A DNA stretch of 64,000 nt from Minisyncoccota bacterium (GTDB taxonomy: Bacteria > Patescibacteriota > Minisyncoccia > Phycocordibacterales > Phycocordibacteraceae). The stretch spans positions 259,355 through 323,354 of the forward strand of contig DASPLI010000001.1 in assembly GCA_035627655.1 (NCBI GenBank), given 5' to 3'. The notes beneath the pieces are model-generated. The model made no database searches. It saw nothing but the letters and a program-made list of their open reading frames with translations, and was not told the DNA's origin. The position numbers and the translations under genes are program-made. Numbering within the stretch: position 1 is the first letter of the stretch; the number at the start of each line of letters is the position of its first letter. This document shows, one piece after another, positions 56,755-64,000 of this stretch.

Positions 56755-58692
56755 ATGGCACCAAAACGGGAACCGGTAAAAAAACCGGTAATAAAAAACG
56801 GTAAGAAGGGAGCACCGAAGACGCCGCGCGGACTTGTACCGGGTGGCGGCATTGGCGGCAACCTCCTCTACGTCATCATTGTGTTCTTGCTCATCATGAG
56901 CGTGTACACGCTCATTACGGGAAACAAGCCGACCGAAGAGATTGCACTCTCGCAGGTTGCCGGAGACGTGCGCGCTGGTCTTGTGACAACGGTTGAGGTG
57001 TCCGGAGACGAACTTACCCTCACGTACGTTGATGGCGCGACCAAGACATCTATGAAGGATCCGGATGCAGCGCTCACCGAGACGCTGGCATCCTATGGCG
57101 CAACTGCTGAAGAGCTTTCTAAAGTAACGATCAACATCAAGGGTCGCGGCGGATTTGAATTCTGGTTTGCAACGCTTGCGCCAATTATCCTGCCGATCAT
57201 CTTCCTGGCAGTCCTATTCTGGTTCCTCGCGCGCCAGGTACGGGGTGCCGGCATGCAAGCCTTTACGTTTGGCCAGTCCAAGGCGCGCATGATTGATCCG
57301 AAGGACACGGCGCAGCGCGTCGTGTTCGCTGATGTTGCAGGCGCGAAAGAAGCAAAGGAAGAGCTTTTGGAGATTGTCGACTTCCTCAAGAACCCGAAGA
57401 AGTTTCTTGATATTGGTGCTCGCATCCCGAAGGGCATCATTCTCATGGGTGCGCCTGGTACGGGCAAGACCCTGCTTGCGCGCGCAGTAGCTGGAGAGGC
57501 GGGCGTGCCGTTCTTCTCCATTTCCGGTTCTGAGTTCGTAGAAATGTTCGTCGGTGTGGGCGCATCTCGCGTACGCGACCTCTTCCAGATGGCAAAGCGT
57601 GCCGCGCCATCGATTATCTTCGTCGACGAAATTGATGCGGTGGGACGCGTGCGCGGATCGGGTATTGGTGGTGGTAACGACGAGCGCGAGCAGACCCTCA
57701 ACCAGATTCTCGTTGAGATGGACGGCTTTGATCCAGCTGAAAAGGTGATCATTATGGCTGCTACAAACCGCCCAGACGTGCTTGATCCGGCCCTGCTTCG
57801 CCCTGGACGCTTTGACCGCCGCGTGACGATTGACCTGCCGGACCGCAAAGACCGCGAGGATATTCTCATGATTCATGCGCGCAAGAAGCCGCTTGGACCG
57901 GATGTCGACCTCTCCGTTATCGCTGAGCGCACACCGGGCTTCTCGGGCGCCGAGCTCTACTCGCTTATGAACGAGGGCGCGATTCTCGCAGCACGCGAAA
58001 ACCGTAAAGAGGTAACGCAATACGACCTCATCCGCTCAATCGAGAAGGTGATGCTTGGCCCTGAGCGCAAGAGCCACCTCCTTTCGAAGAAGGAGAAGAA
58101 GGTAACGGCGTATCACGAAGCGGGGCATGCGCTCGTCTCGTCGGTGCTGCCGAACTCCGATCCGGTCCACAAGATTTCCATTATTAGCCGCGGCCGAGCA
58201 GGCGGCTACACGCTCAAGCTTCCGTTTGAGGACCGCAAGATGCAGTCGCGCAAGGAATTCCTCGATGACATTGCAACGACGCTTGGCGGCTACGTAGCGG
58301 AAGAGATGATCTTCGGCGACATTACGACCGGCCCTTCAAACGATCTTGCCGTGCTCACCTCGCTTGCGCGCAATATGGTTGCTCGCTACGGCATGTCTGA
58401 CACGCTTGGTCCGGTTGCCTTCGTCACCGATCGCGGCCTTGAAGCGGGCGAGCAGGTATCGCAGGAAGTTGCGGCAAAGATTGATGCGGAAGTGTCGCGC
58501 ATCATCGCCGAGGCGCGCGAGCGCGCAAAGAAAGTGCTTCTTGATCACCGGGGTGCGCTTGATGCGATCGCCAACCGCTTGGTGGAAGTAGAGACGGTAG
58601 AGCGTGCAGAGTTTGAAGATCTGCTTCGTGCAAACGGCATTACGCCAAAGAAGCGGGAAGAGTACGAAGAAGCAGTCACTATCACTGACTAA
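56755..58692 (+). CDS. ftsH: ATP-dependent zinc metalloprotease FtsH
   Basis: 2 [28 protein letters not shown]. Confidence 0.98.
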   Translation: MAPKREPVKKPVIKNGKKGAPKTPRGLVPGGGIGGNLLYVIIVFLLIMSVYTLITGNKPTEEIALSQVAGDVRAGLVTTVEVSGDELTLTYVDGATKTSMKDPDAALTETLASYGATAEELSKVTINIKGRGGFEFWFATLAPIILPIIFLAVLFWFLARQVRGAGMQAFTFGQSKARMIDPKDTAQRVVFADVAGAKEAKEELLEIVDFLKNPKKFLDIGARIPKGIILMGAPGTGKTLLARAVAGEAGVPFFSISGSEFVEMFVGVGASRVRDLFQMAKRAAPSIIFVDEIDAVGRVRGSGIGGGNDEREQTLNQILVEMDGFDPAEKVIIMAATNRPDVLDPALLRPGRFDRRVTIDLPDRKDREDILMIHARKKPLGPDVDLSVIAERTPGFSGAELYSLMNEGAILAARENRKEVTQYDLIRSIEKVMLGPERKSHLLSKKEKKVTAYHEAGHALVSSVLPNSDPVHKISIISRGRAGGYTLKLPFEDRKMQSRKEFLDDIATTLGGYVAEEMIFGDITTGPSNDLAVLTSLARNMVARYGMSDTLGPVAFVTDRGLEAGEQVSQEVAAKIDAEVSRIIAEARERAKKVLLDHRGALDAIANRLVEVETVERAEFEDLLRANGITPKKREEYEEAVTITD

Positions 58693-58732
58693 AGAAGAGA
58701 CGCCGCGGCACGAAACCGCGGCGTCTTTCGTT

Positions 58733-59662
58733 TTAGATGAGCAGGAACTCAAGGAGTGCCATGCGAACGAAGAGTCCGTTTTGCATCTGGATGAAGTAGC
58801 CGGCGCGCGGATCGGCGTCGATTGAGCGCGGCAGTTCATCGTTTCTAGGGAAGGGGTGCATGATGATCGCGTTTTTCGGAAGCTGATTTTTCATCTCTTC
58901 CGTAAACACGAGCACGTTCGTGATCTTCTTCTCGCCGCCCGTAACCCGGTACTCGTCTTGTGCGCGGGTGACGTACACCAGATCGAAGTCTCGGAAGTTT
59001 GGCGGGCGCGAGAGGTCGAAGCTGTGCGTGATTCCCGAGTTCAAGACCTGGTCCTGCACGTCGGGCGGTGGCACACCAGCTCCTTCCGGTCCGTAGTAGC
59101 ACAGCTGCTGCGGATGGATCTGCAGCTCAGCGCCATAGGACACCAAGAGTTTCGTGAGCGAGCGCACGGTTCTGCTTTGGTTGTTATCGCCAAAGAAGAG
59201 AATGCGCGGACTGCTCGGCAGCCGGCGACGCTCCATGAACCGCCAGATCGTGTAGAGATCGATATACGCCTGCGTCGGGTGTTCGTTATTTCCATCGCCG
59301 GCGTTGATGATCGGTACGGGAGATACGGCTGCTGCGCGCGCTGCCGCGCCCGACCTGTCGTGCCGAAGCACGATACAGTCGGCGTAACAGGCTTCCGTGA
59401 GGATCGTGTCTTCAAGCACCTCGCCCTTCACTTCGGACGAATAGTTCTTCATTTCCGGCATCTTGAGGACGCCGGCCCCGAGCCGCTTGGCCGCAGCATC
59501 GAATGAGTCGATGGTGCGGGTCGACGGCTGGTAGAAGAGAAGCGAGACGATGCGATCCGTGAGCACGTCGTAGCGCTGCTTCTTGTACTCGGTTGCCCGC
59601 CAGAAGACCTTCCGCAGCTCGATGGCTGAGAGGTCAGTGACGCTCACTATGTGTCTCACCAT
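58733..59662 (-). CDS. pyrB: Aspartate carbamoyltransferase catalytic subunit
   Basis: PSTRT, KGE, NAGDG, HPTQ, YVTRAQ, MHPFPR, QMQNGLFVRMALL. Confidence 0.9.
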   Translation of the reverse strand: MVRHIVSVTDLSAIELRKVFWRATEYKKQRYDVLTDRIVSLLFYQPSTRTIDSFDAAAKRLGAGVLKMPEMKNYSSEVKGEVLEDTILTEACYADCIVLRHDRSGAAARAAAVSPVPIINAGDGNNEHPTQAYIDLYTIWRFMERRRLPSSPRILFFGDNNQSRTVRSLTKLLVSYGAELQIHPQQLCYYGPEGAGVPPPDVQDQVLNSGITHSFDLSRPPNFRDFDLVYVTRAQDEYRVTGGEKKITNVLVFTEEMKNQLPKNAIIMHPFPRNDELPRSIDADPRAGYFIQMQNGLFVRMALLEFLLI

Positions 59663-59781
59663 GTGAATTCTCCTTCTTGTAAGGTGCGACTGAGCGAAAC
59701 TGTAGACCTGGAAAGGATAAAAAGCAAAGACGCTTGTCGTTGCTTTGCAATTGGGTCTGCGCCCGCTACCATGCTCTATAT

Positions 59782-59994
59782 ATGGATCCGTCCTCGCACA
59801 ACATAGAGCAGTTGCTTGCAGAAAATCTTCGCATCGCTTCAGAAAACGCAGAAGAACTGAAGCGTATCCGGAAAGAACTTATGTGGATGAGTATTTTGCG
59901 CATCGTGGTGTGGCTTATCCTTGCCGGCGTCCCGGTGTTCGTTTACCTCCATCTCGTGAAGCCACCGCTTCAAAATATCTTCGGCCTTTCATGA
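59782..59994 (+). CDS. Small membrane protein
   Basis: Coiled coil plus TM; ATGA overlap with the next gene. Confidence 0.6.
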   Translation: MDPSSHNIEQLLAENLRIASENAEELKRIRKELMWMSILRIVVWLILAGVPVFVYLHLVKPPLQNIFGLS

Positions 59995-60803
59995 TCCGAA
60001 CGATCGTCGCGTTTCTTGTGCTTGCGCTCGTAACAGGAGGGGTACTGGTGGTCTTGTTTCGCCAGCCGTCCAACGAAAAGACTTGGAAGGACTATCTCGC
60101 CGTACCAACAAACGTGACCTTCTCCGAAGACGGTGAGTCTGTGACGCTTAGCAGCGTGCGCGACTGGACCTACAACGAGGAAGAAGCGGTCTCGCGCACA
60201 TACGTGGACCGCACGTATGACCTCGGTTCCGTTTCAGGGCTCTGGTTTGTCGTCGAGCCGTTCCCGGACATGCCATCGTTCGGGCACACCTTGCTGGTAT
60301 TTGAGTTTACGGACGCGCCGCCAATCGCGTTCTCCGTCGAAGCGCTGCTTGAGGAAGGGGAGAACTACTCAGCATGGAAAGGACTCTTCAACGAATATGA
60401 GCTTGCCTATACGTGGGGCACGGAGCGAGACTTCCTTACGCGCCGGGCGGTGATGCTTGGCCATGAGATTTACCGGTACCAGCTGGCCGTCTCGCCAGAA
60501 GTCGCACGCGAAGTATTCGTTTCTTTCCTCAAGGGAACGCAGACGCTCGCTGAGCGCCCCGTCTTTTACAACACCCTCCTTCATAACTGCACGAACGAAC
60601 TCGCACATCTCATAAACGAACGCACGCCAGGTGCGCTTCCGTGGGATTGGTCGCGCGTGTTTACGGGCACGGCTGATCAGTATCTGTATAAGCTTGGATA
60701 CATCACCGGATCTTCTTTCAAAGAGGCGCAGGCAGCCGCACGCATCACTGAGCGCGTACGGGAACTTTCCTTGGATCCGGCATTCTCTGAGAAACTTCGT
60801 TAG
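59991..60803 (+). CDS. DUF4105 domain protein
   Basis: GHTLLVFEF, SVEA, YEL, FYNTLLHNCT. Confidence 0.8.
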   Translation: MIRTIVAFLVLALVTGGVLVVLFRQPSNEKTWKDYLAVPTNVTFSEDGESVTLSSVRDWTYNEEEAVSRTYVDRTYDLGSVSGLWFVVEPFPDMPSFGHTLLVFEFTDAPPIAFSVEALLEEGENYSAWKGLFNEYELAYTWGTERDFLTRRAVMLGHEIYRYQLAVSPEVAREVFVSFLKGTQTLAERPVFYNTLLHNCTNELAHLINERTPGALPWDWSRVFTGTADQYLYKLGYITGSSFKEAQAAARITERVRELSLDPAFSEKLR

Positions 60804-60877
60804 TCCACCCGCTTGGACTCGAACCAAGGACCGCCGAGGTATAAGCTCGGAGCTCTAACCAACTGAGCTACGGGTGG
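60804..60877 (-). tRNA. tRNA-Ile (anticodon UAU)
   Basis: CCACCCG acceptor, D-arm, CCGAG-CTTATAC-CTCGG anticodon arm, TTCGA T-loop; no encoded CCA. Confidence 0.9.
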
Positions 60878-60922
60878 CTCCCTGCACTGTAGCGCAGGGA
60901 AGAAGGGAAGGCGACCCCTGGT

Positions 60923-61816
60923 ATGATGACCTACATGCTTGAAATACCGTGGTATGTCTTTGCGCTCCTTGGCGCACTGTTCGTATCCTTTGCGTCGGTG
61001 TTTGAGAAGAAAGTGCTCATCCACGACGAGCCGCTCCATTTCTCCGCCTCTTCTTCCGCGCTCATCGGCATCCTCTCGCTTCCGTTTCTGTTTTTCGTGG
61101 ACTGGAGTGCGATTCCTTCGATCGCGTTTCTTATCATGTACGGCGTTTCCATTCTTGCGATGCTCGCGTTTTGTTTGGTCGCCTTCTCGCTTCGAGCGCT
61201 CGAAGCAGGGGAGCAAACGCTGATTCTTGCGCTGACGCCTGCCGTTACCGCGCTCTTCGGGTTTTTATTTTTGGGAGAGACGCTTTCCACGCAAGCGTTT
61301 CTCGGTCTCATACTGATTGTGGTTGGACTGATCGTGCTTGAGTTTCCAAGCGCAAAAGCAGGATTGCACTCCCACGCCTTTCGCAAGAAGCTCGTGCCGA
61401 TATTTCTCGCCTTCGGTGCGGTGGTGGTCTACTCCCTCAGTGCCGTCGGCGACCGCATCGTACTCGGGCACTACGACGTCGACATCATCGACTTTCTGAT
61501 GATCGTGCAAGTTATGGCGCTTGCGAACTTCCTGGTGCTGAGCTGGTTTGATCGATCGCACAAGAAGTTGCTCACCTCCTCGTTCCGCCGGCACCCAATG
61601 CAGGTTGCCACGTTCTCGATCTTGCTGATCCTCTCGCGCCTTATGCACTCCCAGGCAGTATCCATGGCATACGTTGCGCTTGCCGCTGCCATCAAGCGAA
61701 GCGGCGCGCTTTTTACGATCGTGATCGCCCGCACGTATCTCAAAGAGCGCAGCGTCGGACATAAGCTGCTTGCCGGAGGCATTATTCTTGCAGGCGTCTT
61801 GTCCATCATTCTCTAA
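60923..61816 (+). CDS. EamA/DMT family transporter
   Basis: About 10 TM in two repeats; FLGE and YLKE motifs. Confidence 0.85.
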   Translation: MMTYMLEIPWYVFALLGALFVSFASVFEKKVLIHDEPLHFSASSSALIGILSLPFLFFVDWSAIPSIAFLIMYGVSILAMLAFCLVAFSLRALEAGEQTLILALTPAVTALFGFLFLGETLSTQAFLGLILIVVGLIVLEFPSAKAGLHSHAFRKKLVPIFLAFGAVVVYSLSAVGDRIVLGHYDVDIIDFLMIVQVMALANFLVLSWFDRSHKKLLTSSFRRHPMQVATFSILLILSRLMHSQAVSMAYVALAAAIKRSGALFTIVIARTYLKERSVGHKLLAGGIILAGVLSIIL

Positions 61817-61868
61817 ATTAAAAAAGCTCGCCCCCGGGAGGGGGCGAGGATAGGCGAGGGGTTGTTTG

Positions 61869-62177
61869 TCAGTGGTGGCGCAGATACTGCGCCGGGCGCT
61901 TCGTCTGCCCCTTCCACGAACGATCCTTCCACGAAGAAGGGTAGCGGTCCTGCTCCCAGCCCTTCAAGGGGCGCTGGCGCGGGCTGAGGCTACGTGCGAG
62001 ACGGGACGGGAGCGCGAACTCCGGGCCCACGTCGAACACTTCGTCCGCGAGCGTCCGTTGGTTTGGACGACGCAGGGCCGACGCGACGCGGCCGTGAGGC
62101 GGGCGACCGATCGTCTTTTCATAGACGGTACGGCCGTCGCGGATCACGAACACCGGAATTGCGTTGACGTTGAACAT
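61869..62177 (-). CDS. Basic hypothetical protein
   Basis: GGGAG SD; Arg-rich with RSWK...Q C-terminus. Confidence 0.5.
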   Translation of the reverse strand: MFNVNAIPVFVIRDGRTVYEKTIGRPPHGRVASALRRPNQRTLADEVFDVGPEFALPSRLARSLSPRQRPLKGWEQDRYPSSWKDRSWKGQTKRPAQYLRHH

Positions 62178-62238
62178 GCACATTCTCCCCTGGCTGTTCC
62201 AAGGGCAATGGTACCATATACTGGACAAATTGTCAATA

Positions 62239-63039
62239 CTATCGCGGGAAGATGTCCAGGAGGAGGTCGGAGTTATAAAAGTCAGCTGCTAGGCCGCCAA
62301 AACTATAGGTCGTACCGCCTATTTCGATGGCCGCCCCGCCTGGTTTCGGGTCGGGTTTCGGTTTTGAGCGCTCAAATCCGATGTTATAGAGGGTCGAGAG
62401 AATAGCGACTTCGCCTTCAATCGGGAAACCGGCTCGGCTCCACTGCGCTTCAATCTGCTTGAGGTACAGGCCGGCATAGAGGTAGCTCCAGTAGTGGTTG
62501 TGTTGGTCGGTCATGCGTACAAACCGCTCCGTCTTGCTGTCGGTTGTGGTTGCAGGGAAATCGAGCAGGTGTTCGTAGCGGGGCCCAAGGTAAAACGGGG
62601 AAGCAGGGTCCTTGAGATGCATCTCAACCGGGATCGCCGTCTCTTCCTTCATGCCCATGACGCCCCAGGAGAACTGTGTTTGCGGCCCGAGAATCTTGAG
62701 CGGATAGAAAAACTGCTTGTAGGCTTCGCGCTCGGTAAAGAAAAGACGCAACTGCTCGGCAACGAGGTTTGCGACAATGAGGCGCGCGGGCACCCCTGCG
62801 TCCGTCGCTGCTCGCTTGATCACGTCTTCGTCGCGACGAATCGCTTCTTCGAGCACTGCCCACTCCTCAGTATCTTCCCAAGTCACTACCTGTCCGCCTT
62901 CGATAAAGGATTCGCGCTGCTCGTCGATGATGCCGGTTTCATTCGTTAGTCCAATGCGGACGGCAACATACCCGGCGACCAGAAAGAAGCCGATGGCAGC
63001 AAAAATATAGAGAAAGACGGTAAAGATCCGTTTCAGCAT
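62239..63039 (-). CDS. Membrane-anchored hypothetical protein, possibly lysozyme-like fold
   Basis: N-terminal TM; AEQLR, SWGVMG, TLYNIG. Confidence 0.6.
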   Translation of the reverse strand: MLKRIFTVFLYIFAAIGFFLVAGYVAVRIGLTNETGIIDEQRESFIEGGQVVTWEDTEEWAVLEEAIRRDEDVIKRAATDAGVPARLIVANLVAEQLRLFFTEREAYKQFFYPLKILGPQTQFSWGVMGMKEETAIPVEMHLKDPASPFYLGPRYEHLLDFPATTTDSKTERFVRMTDQHNHYWSYLYAGLYLKQIEAQWSRAGFPIEGEVAILSTLYNIGFERSKPKPDPKPGGAAIEIGGTTYSFGGLAADFYNSDLLLDIFPR

Positions 63040-63083
63040 TATCTCCGGAGTATGCCGGGAGACATGAAAAGGCGCAATGAAGC

Positions 63084-64000
63084 CTATTCGCTGTAGAGGT
63101 GCTCGGCCAACAGTTGCACGCGCGCGGCAAGCAGCGGATGCGTCTTGAGTTCCGGATCCTGATCAATAATGTTTCGCGCCGCGTCTCGCGCAGCCTCTAC
63201 CATTTTGAGATTCTTGAGCGCTTCCATGGCGATATCTGAGATGCCCCACTGGCGCGCGCCATACAGTTCGCCAGTGCCGCGAAGCGCCAGATCTTCCTCA
63301 GCAAGCGCAAAGCCGCTAGCAGATGTTGTGAGCGCTTTGAGGCGCGCAACAGTCGCGTCTGATTTTGATTCGGACTGCAAAAAGCAGTACGACTGGTGCG
63401 TCGAGCGAATGACGCGCCCGCGAAGCTGATGTAGTTGGGCAAGTCCGAAACGCTCCGCGCCCTCAATGAGGATCACGGTTGCATTCGGTACGTTGACGCC
63501 TACTTCAACCACCGACGTTGCAACAAGCACTTGAATTTCGTTTGCGGCAAACTTGCGCATTTCGTCTTCCTTCTCCGCAGGCGTCATCTTGCTGTGGAGG
63601 AGGCCGACCACATAGTCTTTGAACTCAGTCTTCTGAAGACGATCGCGCTCTGCCTTGGCAGACTTTGCTTGGAGCGCGAACTCTTTGCGTGGATCCGGCT
63701 CGTCAATGCGCGGACAGATGACGTAACACTGCCGTCCCGCCTTTAGCTCCTCATGCATGCGAGCATAGGCTTTCTTTCGAAGCGCTTCCGTTACGACTTC
63801 CGTAATGACCGGCTTTCTTCCGGCAGGCATCTCATCGAGTACCGTCAGATCAAGGTCGCCGTAGATCGTGAGTGCGAGCGTGCGCGGAATTGGAGTTGCG
63901 GTCATAGAAAGGAGGTGTGGTTCCTTGCCGTCCTTGCGCGCAAGCTTCTTACGCTGCACTTTGCCGAAGCGGTGCTGCTCGTCAATGATGGCAAGCGCTA
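63084..64000 (-). CDS. recG: ATP-dependent DNA helicase RecG (C-terminal part)
   Basis: IIDEQHRFG at the window edge, MTATPIPRTL, VEVGVNVPNA, AERFGLAQLHQLRGRV. Confidence 0.97.
   Translation of the reverse strand, partial: ALAIIDEQHRFGKVQRKKLARKDGKEPHLLSMTATPIPRTLALTIYGDLDLTVLDEMPAGRKPVITEVVTEALRKKAYARMHEELKAGRQCYVICPRIDEPDPRKEFALQAKSAKAERDRLQKTEFKDYVVGLLHSKMTPAEKEDEMRKFAANEIQVLVATSVVEVGVNVPNATVILIEGAERFGLAQLHQLRGRVIRSTHQSYCFLQSESKSDATVARLKALTTSASGFALAEEDLALRGTGELYGARQWGISDIAMEALKNLKMVEAARDAARNIIDQDPELKTHPLLAARVQLLAEHLYSE

Noticed and set aside
1-64000. CRISPR array, transposase, integrase or prophage
   Set aside because: No regularly spaced direct repeats and no recognisable mobile-element or phage structural proteins were seen.
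1-64000. Alternative genetic code (UGA=Gly)
   Set aside because: Conserved genes translate full-length in code 11 and several end at TGA.

Overview
This is a 64-kb chromosomal segment from a Patescibacteria/CPR bacterium, probably Parcubacteria-like. That call is inferred from the missing rpmD/uL30 between rpsE and rplO, SD-less core genes and gene content; the genetic code is standard code 11. The backbone is the str-S10-spc ribosomal superoperon (rpsL to secY-adk-map), plus infC-rpmI-rplT, smpB/tmRNA, ftsH and a partial recG. The superoperon is broken into six modules, each with its own promoter and terminator, and accessory genes fill the gaps. The main discovery candidate is an ~11-kb locus between rplB and rpsS. 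It joins a TerY-P-type phospho-signalling triad (PP2C phosphatase, YegI-like Ser/Thr kinase, vWA) with an ADP-ribosylglycohydrolase, a complete nicotinamide-to-NAD+ salvage route (PncA, PncB, NadM-Nudix, Gln-dependent NadE) and the ADP-ribose-sensing repressor NrtR. The same palindrome, TAGTGT-N7-ACACTA, lies upstream of the PP2C/kinase operon and upstream of a distant pnuC-nadR operon. This suggests one ADP-ribose-inducible 'NAD rescue plus kinase switch' regulon. Also seen: a 6S-RNA-like ncRNA, a tmRNA with a long tag, a tRNA-Ile(UAU), and a split between SD-led accessory genes and SD-less or leaderless core genes. No CRISPR array or transposase was seen.
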